NCBI RefSeq assembly: GCF_006345805.1
Contig: NC_042999.1
Coordinates: 126,666,001 to 126,730,000, forward strand
Source: Octopus sinensis
Taxonomy: Eukaryota
Reading direction: 5' to 3'
Length of the DNA: 64,000 bases
The notes under the pieces are model-generated. The model saw only the letters and a program-made list of their open reading frames with translations. It was not told the DNA's origin and ran no database searches. A program made the translations under genes and the position numbers. Below are positions 1-11,835 of this stretch, piece after piece; positions within the stretch are counted from its first letter, which is position 1, and every line of letters starts with the position of its first letter.

Positions 1-639
1 AGTTGAACCGTCCAACCCATGCTAGCATGGAAAACGGACGCTAAATGAATGATGATGATGATGATATGTATATATACAAGTATATATAGACATACACACA
101 CACACACACATATAATTTAAGAAAATGAAAAGATTTAATGGATATAAATTAAGTTATTAAAACTGTTGATAAATTAATTTATACCTGTTAAATCTCTCCA
201 TTTTTTTTTACTTAATAATGTTTGATATTTATAATATACCTATTTTTATATTGACGAGATATTTCTCAACAATATAATATATTAAACCAGTGTAACTTGG
301 ATGAAACCATCACCACAAGAGGTTTATTTATCCTCCTAGCGACTGAAAACTATATATATATATAACAATACATACATTCATATATATACACGTTATGTGT
401 ATATGTACTTATATATATATATAAAAGTAGATAAATAGAGTTGAATGCAGAACAACTCCATTTATTTACTTATACTACACAAATTACTGCACATTAATCC
501 GGAGTTTCTACCTTTGAATAGGTCGCTTCATTTGTGTTACCTGCGTGAATTTTGCTACCCTGGTAACTGTTTATTGAATTTTCCATGTTAATGATAAACA
601 AAGGATAATTCATTCATCCATTTACATATTCTTCTACAG

Positions 640-677
<38 letters not shown>

Positions 678-2307
678 GTATGATGTTATATTTCCCATTA
701 TATCATGAGGCTTGATTCCAAAAAGCCAAGTGTTAATATTGAAAGGAAAGATAATTTACAAACTGAGTAAATAAATTTGCTGTGTTGTTATGGTAACCAG
801 GCTTGAGTCAATTTGTATTCTACATATCCTCTCTGAGTACCATGACAACCACAGTTACATTAATTAGGATTTCATAAGTCATTTCTTGATCAAAACCCTC
901 AAGATATAATTACAGCATCCTCTTCAGAGAATGCTACAGAAAATCTTAGTGACCCTATTTAAGAGGTAAATCTACAAAATTAGCCAATATCAATTGCAGC
1001 TCGTTGTTTCAGGAATGGAATGTTGTCAATGGTTAATAGCCTAACATAAATAAAATTTGTGTGCAATATGTGAGATCATACTCATGGCTGATGTCAGTGT
1101 CAAATCAATGGCACTCATGCCAGTGGCACATAAAAAACACCCACTACACTCTTGGAGTGGTCAACATTAAGAAGGGCATCCAGCTGTAGAGACCATGCCA
1201 AATCAGAATGGAACCTGGTGCAGCTCCCCAGCTTACCAGTTTTCAGTCAAACCATCCAACCCATGGCAGCATGGAAAGCAGACGTTATATGATGATGATG
1301 ACATTAATGAGACAGAAATACAACAGCTAACAGAGTCATTCACAAGAATTTGGTGGGGGACTATAGTAGATGGACAACACCTCAGCTCATCTGCTATAGT
1401 CCCAGTTTCCACATGGTTGGAGAACATACCACTTAACCACATTGCCATTGAGTGATAAAGCAAAAAAACAAAAAAAGGTAAAATGCAGAAAGAACTTCAG
1501 TTGTATGGATTTTTCAAATAGTGGCTCTTGGTTTATTTATCTATGCATTTGGCTTCTTTTTTTTTAAATGGTGGAATCTTGTCATACACCCAAAATCTTA
1601 CATCTGATATCAAGAAGATTAAAAACTAATTCTATTTTCTGACAAAAATAATAATCTATACAAATTAGACCTAAATGTATATGGAAGCTCTCAAAAACTA
1701 TAAAAAGACAACTAGTTAAAGTTACAATGACATTAATATAAAATTTAAATATATATAAAAGTGGTTAAATATATTACTAACAAAGTAGGATTATATAACA
1801 GAAATTAATGTTGATCTAGGCAAGTAGTTTATATTACAGTAAAGGATCATGAAGATAATTCTGACATCAACTCTAGATTTAGTCTTATATACCCAGTTAA
1901 AACAGAAGTTAGAATAATCAGTATCCTATTTAAAGTTTTAGAAAGTAGCAAACTAATCTTGCTTAAACTTCCCCTGTGCAGGCTGCAGCTCCACAGGATA
2001 TACAGGATGCCAGCATTTTAAAGCTACAATAACTACAGAACCTATTGATTCTTAGTATAACCAACAAACTCTTCATCAGAATAGTTCCATAAAGGTTTGA
2101 GAAATTTACAGAGTATATCCTGTGTTACAATGAGGTTTCTGCACCAACAGGTCCACCATTGATATAAATTAGTCAGTGTAACTTCCATTGACCTAACAAA
2201 AACCTTTGTCCTCACCAATACAGAGAACCTGTTTAGGATGTTACCACTCAATGGTTGCCATATAAGCACACACACACACAAGTGTAAGTGTGTGTATATA
2301 AAAATAA

Positions 2308-2522
2308 ATGAAGGGATGCTGAAAAGTTCCGGGCTTTGAAGAAAAGAAAATACAGGAAAACCAGTTAATTATAATTTTATTCAGCATATTCCCCTCCCAG
2401 ATTCACATTTATTGCAGCAGACATTCAGGTTCTCTAAGCCCTGTAAAAGAACTCAGGTTAGGCCTCCAACCAAACCTTTCACGATACCCTTAAAGCCAGG
2501 AACTTTTCAGCACCACCTCATA
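2308..2522. mobile_element. Tc1/mariner-type MITE
   Basis: TIRs ..GCTGAAAAGTTCC.GGCTTT / AAAGCCAGGAACTTTTCAGC..; same family as 36742-36962 and the partial copy at 34180-34315. Confidence 0.75.
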
Positions 2523-3399
2523 TGCATGCACAAAATCTAGAGACTGAGAAACTCGGAAGCATGATGAAAACTCCTAAGCCTTGATGTCAACACTGTGAAG
2601 ACCAAAATGTTAGAGTGAATACATAATCTCGGTGACATCCAGAAAGTTATTTTGCTTCTTATGTAGAAAAGTCATTGGTAGGAATTCAGTACAGAAGAAA
2701 GGGATAGAAAACTGAGATGCATTGGGATTTCTGAGACTGACAGCATCAGGGTATTAGATCTTAAAGATACACAAGTGCACTTCAGTAATAGGTGCATCTA
2801 TGAAGTGCTCATGTGTCTCACTAGACATTGTTAAATAATTTCTGCTACTAACTAGTGTTGATTGTGTTTGTAGCAATATTATCATTGCTAGAGGTCAAAA
2901 GAGAAAGAAGTTCTCAAGAGCTCCTGATACTGACATGACTAGGAAGCCAAGAGGCTCCCTTCCATCTGAATCACCACATCATCTTGCAATAAGAAGCATA
3001 GAGGTTTGAAAGCAGTGATAAACTCTCCTAAAGGACAAGAAGTAAAGGAAGAAGGGATAAAAGAAATGTGGCTAAAATAGGGAGTTAAGACCCATGAAGT
3101 GAGGCACATCCCAACCTAAGGTGACATGAGATTCATGGTTGCATCAAATACCAATAAGTAATTGATGAGAATAATATATGGTAAGAAGGAAGATGAGGTT
3201 GTTAAGGGGGAAGAAACAGGACCAGAACTCAAAAGACACTCTGACGATATACTACTTATGACAACCTCATTGAAACTGAAATGCTTAGAGGACATGGGAT
3301 GCCTTTTACTTTGTCTTATACATCCCAGGATGTTTACTAACACTTTTGGATGTATCATGTTCCAATATAAAGTGTAGAAACTAGTTGTTATAAGTTACT

Positions 3400-3960
3400 C
3401 CAATCTTTTGGACTGTATTTAACATTGTGTGCCCTGAGGTACTTTTTATGATCTTGTTAATTTTAATCATGTATAAAGCTCCAATTATTATTGGTATTGT
3501 TTTGCTTGTTTGAATTCCAAGTTCCTGGTACTTTGTCAATTTCTCTTCTTCCTTCTGGGCAATGTTTTGATCGTTGGAGTATAGACATTTTCATTCCAGT
3601 TTTTGAGATTAAAATCTGGATGTTTTGTCTTGATCCCCTTGTCAGCCAGAACAGGCATATTCCAGATAATTGTGATCAGGTCGTTGTCATGTAGTACATT
3701 TGGTATATATTTATACTGCTTCTTATGCATTTTTACAATGGATATAGCTGATGGCTCCATTGTATCCATGCAAACTAGGCAAAGATTGGGCAACCAGAAA
3801 AGATATGTTTATTTGTTTCATTGTACTGATTGCACATGGTGTTATCCATTTTCAGTATTATTACTAAAGCAATGGATAGGTAGAATTGTTAGACCATCAT
3901 ACATAATGTCTTCTCTTATTTATTCTGGTTATTAACATTTTGAATACAAACGTTTCAGAG
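3400..3960 (-). mobile_element. Decayed R4/Dong-like (RLE-type) non-LTR retrotransposon, 3' part
   Basis: Frameshifted translation gives C..ETNKHIFSGCP (CCHC knuckle), IIWNMPVLADKGIKTKHPD and DQNIAQKEEEKLTKYQELGIQ..TIPIIIGAL, typical of the restriction-like endonuclease region. Confidence 0.7.
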
Positions 3961-4513
3961 GTCAACTTTGCCTTTCATTCTTCCTGGCTACTGAAATAAA
4001 GTATCAGTCAAGTATGGGAATCAAATCCTTCCTAGATGCTAAAATAAAGTATGGAGATCTATTTAATCAATTATATATCTCTTTCCCCAAATTTCTGGCT
4101 TGTGCCTGTTTTAGAAACAATCACTATCATTAAATGGGAGAATAACAACAATGGCATAAAGGCATTTCATTATATAAGTTTATTTCTCTCCTTACTTTTT
4201 GAATTCAAATCCTACCAAGGACCATTTTACCTGCCATTTTTTGGGGTTGTGAACAAACACGTTAGGTTGATTCAATCAACTTTACCCTTCTTCATATTGT
4301 CTTGGGACCATATGAAAAATTACGGTAATTATAATTATAATAATGAGGCTGCTGGAGTGATAGAAATAGTATGCTAAATTAAATGTGATATTGAGTTCAA
4401 ATTTCAGTGAGACTGATTTTCTCACTAGTTTTGCAGGATCAATAAAATAATATATTAGGCTTGTTTCAATCAACTTCACTCTCTTCTTACAAATTTGTGG
4501 TCTTGTGTTAAAG

Positions 4514-4681
4514 CTGTGGTTCCCAACCTGTGTACGCAAAGGTAGTACTGGAGGTCCGTGAACTAAATTCAAAATGTCATATATATACATATACATAAGG
4601 ATAAGCATATTAAAAGGGGTCAGTGGGAAAACTCATTTAAATAAAAGGGGTCCTAGGTAGTGAAAAGGTCGGGAACCATTA
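4514..4681. mobile_element. hAT-type MITE
   Basis: Imperfect TIRs (CTGTGGTTCCCAACCT / AGGTCGGGAACCATTA) with an exact 8-bp TSD TGTTAAAG at 4506-4513 and 4682-4689. Confidence 0.85.
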
Positions 4682-5107
4682 TGTTAAAGTTAGAAATTAT
4701 TATTATTATAGTTCGGATACAAACGGTGTCTCAAAGACTCTTTCTAGACTTATGAAATTAACCAATCAAAACTCACCACTGCAGTAACTGCCAACAAATA
4801 TCAATTTGCAGCAACGCGTCCATTCACAGAGGCTGTGAAACATATATCATAACTATCATCACATGATGCACCACTGTTATATGCATTAAGGGTGGGTGTG
4901 TGTGTCGAATTTTGTTAATTTTTTTTTAATATATTACATACTTGTCTGGCATATACCAGCAAAGACTAAATTACAACAGAACTCATTATTTGTGTCCTTG
5001 CATGAGCACTGTTTGACTTTTCTTTGGCTCACTCGCTCTCAATCTGAGCAAATTCACGTAGTATATCTAAAGACCCATACCCAGCCCTAGTTGATAAATC
5101 AGTATTG

Positions 5108-6137
5108 CTAGTTTGTTCTCACTTCTTTATACACGATTATAAATATCAAAAGTATCAAGATGGTAGAAATCCTAGTACAATGAACCAAACGCTGGAATGA
5201 ATTTTGAGTTTTATATCCCTTCAAGTGGAAAAGTGAGAGCCAGTAATATACTGGAATTGATTCGAACAATGTCACAACCAAAGAAAAGACTATTATAAGC
5301 ATTGAAACGTGCCCCATGAAGCTAAATAATCCAAACAAGGGGCGAACAACTGTTTATTTACATTGTTACAAAATATAAACTATGAAATAAGACATAAAGT
5401 GATAATTGTTACATTTTTTCATTTTTTAAAAAGTTTTATTCTGTCAACCTTTGTTGTTTCTTGCACAAGTGTTATAAGCGAAATATGAACATTGTAAAAG
5501 CAAAATTAAACTTGTCTGCAAGAGTTTAGCAGAAACAATTTTGCCAAACGAGCAGATGATTTCATTCGAATAGATCTAAACTTTTACTTTCGAAAATGTG
5601 ATTTCCTTTATCACCTGTAAAAAGCAGATAAATTATATGTGACTGCTACTAAAATTGATTACTTTAGAGTTGGTGAAATCATGATTAAAGCAGTCAAGGC
5701 TGAATGAAAGGCGTCAATTAATTGAAGACACCTGTAGTACAGAGAGTAGCGTGCATTCATACAGACTAATGTTAAGTATGCATATATATATGTGTGCATG
5801 TGTAATTGAGAGTGTGCGCTAACACATTAAAAGCAGTCTTACATGCACGCAACGGTAAAAGAAATTAATAGCAATAAAGCATCTTAGTAAATAATTAAAG
5901 TGCAAAAGAATATTTAAATCAATAAGCTGCAAGTAAATAAATGGTTATGTGAAAAGTTTATAGGGAGACTTTTTGAACGGTTGACTGTTTTCTTTCCATC
6001 GCGGCTATCGGTGTCTTCCGAAAAATCAACAAAGGCCGCTTTGCCAGTGAAAATAATAATAAAAAGCTTCAGCCATCATCCAGATATCTTCAGAAGCCGC
6101 ACAGCAATCGACATTTACCAACTTCGGTAAGTTGCAT
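5108..6137 (-). CDS. Tentative small hydrophobic protein (about 86 aa): exon 6137-6119 joined to 5349-5108
   Basis: ATG CAA CTT ACC GAA GTT G|gtaaat joins in phase to an exon reading VRPLFGLFSF...LILLIFIIVYKEVRTN*. Two or three hydrophobic stretches. The acceptor polypyrimidine tract is weak. Confidence 0.25.
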
Positions 6138-7307
6138 TGATATTAGTCTGTCTCTGCACTGTTGTAGCACGACATAAGTTAGAGTGGGAGAAAGTGTTAA
6201 TGAGTGATAGTACTATTTTATTCTTTCTTTCTTTAATTACATTTAAAATAATAATAGTAATAACAACAAATGAATCTAGCAAGACTCCGAGTGGCTCAAT
6301 ATTTTTTGCTAGTATGTTGTTTATGGAGTTCAGTTCATTAGAAGGAAGTTCAGATCAGTCGCGCAGAATGTTTATTGAAATAAATCATCTGTAAGTACGT
6401 GTTATGAATAATAAATCATAGCTTCGACAGAAGACACGTGCATCCATTCTAATTCTTGATCTGTCTATATATATACAATGATAAAATCGGTATATTTACA
6501 GTATAATGTGTAAGAATTGAGCACTTATAATGCTAATATTTAAACAAACATCAGCAATTAAGTTTAATAACAATCATTACGTTAATTTCTTAAATAAAAC
6601 GCTTTAATTTTTATAAAAAATTATTATTTGCATTTTTACTATTCGCGTTATATTTGAATGTTAACCACAATTTGTAGCTTATTAACTGTTTTGAGGGGTT
6701 CCTCTGTATGGGTAAGTATTAATTAGGTTTTATTGTTTGCTGTCTCAGCAGTTATGCTTCGATCTTATGTTCACTAAATTAGTAAAAATGCATATAAGAA
6801 ACATGTTTCAAGCATAAAAATGAATAGTTCAGGAAATGAACTTTTTAAAACGTGTTTTCTTCGAGCTACAAATCTTAAGTTTCCGTCTTGCTTTTGACGC
6901 CATTTTTTTAGTTTCTTTTGATAATGTCGATAAATAATGAAAACGAACTCTTTATTGATTTTAGTGAAGCCTATCTAGATATTTCGAACCTGTCTTAAGT
7001 TTTAAAGATATATTTAAATACTTTTAAAATATCTAGAGTTTATCGAAGAAATATTTAAAACAATCTCAGAGAAGTTTTATGGCAAAATTTTAACCGGTTT
7101 CTTGAGATTACTTCCCTTGGATTGGAAATTTTCTATTTCTGAAGTTTGTTTTTCTTTTGTTATTGATAGCACAATCTTAATATTTTTTGCTCTTGGAATA
7201 TTTTCCCCAACTTTCCATTGTTGACTATCTTTTGCTTGTTTCACTTTATGGGCAGTGGCCATGCCGGGGCACCACCTTGAAGGGTTTAGTCGAACAAATC
7301 GAGTCAG

Positions 7308-7391
7308 AGGTAAAGAATACGCACACCACCCATTTTCGGCGTAACCCCAACCCTAACCGCCGAAAACGGATGGTGTGCGTATTCTTTACCT
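7308..7391. repeat. 84-bp foldback with telomere-like loop
   Basis: About 34-bp near-perfect arms around TAACCCCAACCCTAAC. Confidence 0.85.
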
Positions 7392-10300
7392 TCCCCAAAT
7401 CGATTCCAACAGTTATGCTTTTAAGCCTAGTACATATTCTATCATTCACTTTTTCCGAACCGGTTGTAGGAAACAGACATCATCATTTAATGTCCATTGT
7501 CCATGTTGGCATGGGTTGTACGGTTTGACCGGGCTGCGCCAAACTCGTCTGATTTGGCGTGGTTTTCTACGGCTGGATGCCCTTCTTAACGCCAACCACT
7601 TCGAGAGTGTAATGGGTGCTTTTACGTGACACCGTTATCTGCTACGACTGCGATTTTGCTCGGTTTGATGGGTCTTCTCAAACGCGGCATAATACCAAAG
7701 GTCTCGGTCATTGCCTCTATGAGGCCCAACACTCGAAAGGAACTCAGTCTTCGTGAGGCTCAATGTCACCAGCACAGCACACTATATAATATATATACAC
7801 ACAACGGTTTTTCATTTCCCGCCTACCAAATCCACTCACAGCATTGGTCGGCCCTATGTTATCATGGAAGACACTTGCCCGAAGTGCCGTCCGGTGTATC
7901 TCAATCCCAAACTACATAGTTGGGAAGCTTTTTAGACCAATGTATTCTAAAATTATTTGCATAATTTTCTATATTTTTTTCCTGACACTTTTCTTATCCT
8001 ATATTTCTTTAGGTCTTTTTCACATAAACTATCTTGCTACAGTATTCAAGTCACTCTTTTCAGCTGGTTTTGATCCCTCATTGAAATGCAGATTATATCA
8101 TGAAATTATACAAATTTCAATCTTAACAATTTAGTATATGTGCTTTGTAAAAAGTCATTATTCCAACCATTTCTCATTAGAGTTCCAGGATTAATATGGT
8201 GTTATGTCTGATAATTCTTGAAGTGCAATATAAAGAATATAGTCTCCTCTCAACCAACCTGACTTCTTTACTCAGCTTTCACCCAAATTATGCATTTATT
8301 CCTCTGCAGTTTTCATATATAAAATAAAAACTTTCTTGCATTTATGTCCACCAATCAATACATTAGGTCTGGTTAAATGATTTATATAATTATTAAATTA
8401 ATCGTATTTGAGACAAAGCATAATCTTTATATAGTTTGGGCACTTTAATAATAAGAAAATATCTTAAATACAAGTAATCATTTCAAAATCTAAATAATCT
8501 TAATCTCTTATACAATATTATACTTGTATATTATTTGCACCCTGATTACAATAATTTTCCTATTGGCTTTCAAGTCCATGAAAAGATATATCTTTTGTTC
8601 AAAACCTGATCAGATTCATGTTGACAGTATTTCTGTGTGAAATGCCTTTATCACCTTTTTCGTCCTCCATACATAATAAAAATAAAAAAATTACGATATG
8701 CACTTATATAATTCGCAATGCAAGATCTAAAATAATTTTTCTATTTGAAGAAAAAGTTACCTTCTAAAAGAATGCAGTGAGGGTCTTTTTACCATTCAGA
8801 TTACTGTCAAATGTAATACTTTTTAAAAAAAATAACATTGTATTGTAGGTATGAAAAGGATGGATCCGGTAGAATATTTCGGCCAGATATGGCTGGTTTA
8901 AATGCTAAAGGGTTAGAAATGTAATAAAGATTGCAGTGGCTACAACAAAAATCATAGCTTGATAGGTGTGTACATAAAGAAATAAAATATTAATTAGGTT
9001 TCAGAGACCTTGTTGGATTATTGTGGTTAAAAAAAGAAAAGCAAATACTGAAAGATTTTAATGTTTTTTTTTTCAGTCATAAAAATCCATTTATAAACTT
9101 GGTATGATTGCAAAGCAAGGGACATAAAAAGAAAAGTAATGGCGAGAATGCTAGAGTCAGTAATTTCTTGTACTCTTTATTGCAATTTGAAACAAATGAA
9201 AATATCTTTCCAGTCATTTTGATTAGGCATGGGCCAGCATTCTTGACAAGTGAGCTTGTCACCAGGTGGGTTGCATTACTAAAAAATTCAAAGTATTTTT
9301 ATGATTTGCATGCCGTTTGTGAAGTCCTGCAGGCTGCAGTTTGCCCACAACTGATGTAGATCAAGTGTCCCAGTAAGTTTTCTTCATTCATTAATTATAT
9401 ATTTTAGTTTTACAAATGTTAATGCAATGTGATAAAAGTCCAACACATTGCCTTTTTTTTGTTTCACTCTGTGACAAAGATGACCCACACTTCTTTGGCT
9501 AGATTGATTAGCAGTGTATGAATGGACTAACTGAAAAACAAAGCGAGATAAAATCAATAAACATATTAGTAGATGTAAAATAAAGTTGCTTTTATTACTG
9601 AATATCATAAACCAAGTGAATCCACATAAAGAGACTTCAAAACCTTTCCGAATAGAGCAAGCATTTATGTTGCACTCATCTTTCTGCCTTCTTTAACCCT
9701 TTAGCATATTCATGCAGTCTTATACTTTTGAGGTTTTGATGATGTAGTTGCTTATTTTGAGAATATTGTAGGGTACTTGTGAGGATGAAACCAATCAGAT
9801 TGAAGTACATCTATTTGGGCCAGAGAGGTACTTTAACTCTTTAGCATTAAGATTACTTTCTCAAATATAATGCTTATTTATTAATATTGTTTTGAATTAA
9901 TCATGCATTATCTCAGATTCAAGATTTCGATGCTGTGATTGTTCATCTTTTAGAATGACATTGTAGAATAAGTGTGAGAGGCTGGATCTGACTGGTTTGA
10001 ACATTTTGGTTGATTTAAATGCCCCTTCATTAAATATTTTTCACCAAGCAGTTAATCAAATTAACTGTCACATTCACGTCTTTCCTTGCTGACAGTTTAT
10101 ATGGGCTGTACAAAATCCCAATCCTTGTCATCTGGAACCTGCAACAATGAAATCAGGCTAACTTTGTTGTACTGGACATCATTTCTAATGTTGCCTTTGA
10201 TTCTTCTTGGAATGACCTTTTACAGCTGGATGCCCTTCCTTATCTTGTCAACTATTTTACAACATGGACTGGTGCACTTCATTGTACTGTACACTAGAAA

Positions 10301-11835
10301 TTTCATTCCTTTCATAGAAATGAAACCAGAATTGTCAATGTGAGGTAGTCTGCAACAAAAATTCATGAACTTTGCATTTTCCTCTCTAATGACAGGTGTT
10401 GCTGAAATTAATCTTTCCAGTAGCACATAATTGCATTCTAATTGAGACATTTTTTCAATGCAAGATACTCTCTTTATTTCCTATGCATCTGATTGAGCAT
10501 TCCAGCCATCACCATCTGCCTAGGACTTAGATAATTAAGTCGTTTATATAAATTAACACATTTATTTTTTAAGGCAACAAGGTATAAATTAAGGGATATT
10601 AGAGTGCCATTTCTTACTGGTTAAGCAACTTCATTGACTGATATTTTTCTATAGCTTTTGTTTTTAACTCATTTCACTCCTTTTCGAAAACTGATACTTC
10701 ATTTGAAACAGCAAAGCAACATAACAGGATAACTAAAATTGCCCAAGATCTACAAAAATTTACTCTAGAAATCAGTGTATTAAGTATTTGCTTTAACCCT
10801 CTAGCATCCAGAATTCTTGCAGCTTTGAGATTTCAATGACATGATTATTTATTTTTATAATAACGTAAATAAAGTAAGTGTGAGAGACTGGATCTGGTCA
10901 TTTAGATGCTAAAGGGTGAAGTTAGAACCCATAACTTAAAGCTTTCACATTGGTGACTGATACCTGCTGGAAAATAAGGGCCCAGTAATTTTAATATGCA
11001 GCATCTGAAAGGTAAGACAAGTTAATTGTAAGGGTATATGGAGTTCATCTGTGAATCTTTACCAGTCTCAAAAGTTTGTTCCCTGAAAAGCTAAATTTGA
11101 AGCATATTCCCAGACATGTAACATCTCTCCTGTAGGATATGTTAGGGTTAGTCTTTGATGTAAAGATACATGAGGTAGCAAGATCAATTCCCAGACCAGA
11201 CTGTGTTGTGTTCTTGAGCCAGACACTGCTTCATATTGCTCCAGTTCATGCAGCTGTAGCAGTGAGTTGCAATGTCACTGGTGCCAAGCCACATTAGCCT
11301 TTGCCTTTCAATTGGATAACATTGATGACATGAAGGGGAGGCTGGTATGCATTGCCGACTGCTGGTCTTCCATGAACAACCTTGTTCCTTGGAGTGGAAC
11401 TTTCTAGGTGCAATCCCATGGTCATTCTTGACCAAAGGGGGTTTCACCTTTATAGCTGTTGGTAATGAATCATTTCAGTCTTATTTTGACGTAATATATT
11501 ACATTGAAAAAACAAGTTTCCAAATATTTAAAATTAGAACAGGTGTCTATTTAACAGCTTAACCCTTCAGATTTTGAAAGTTTCTTGCTGTAAGTATTCT
11601 TGTCTAAATAGTATACAGTATCTAAATTTGCATTGACACTTCACTCCACTAAGCATGTAAAAAAAAAATCCACATCAACATTAGATGAAACTTGTTAGCT
11701 TCTTTTTAAAACTATTGCCATAAGACATTAATTTATATTACTTTGACTTTTCAATTTGCAGGCTACCACAAAAACCATACATTAAAGATACAATGACCAA
11801 CTAAGATATCTTGTTTACATTAAGCAGAAGCAACC

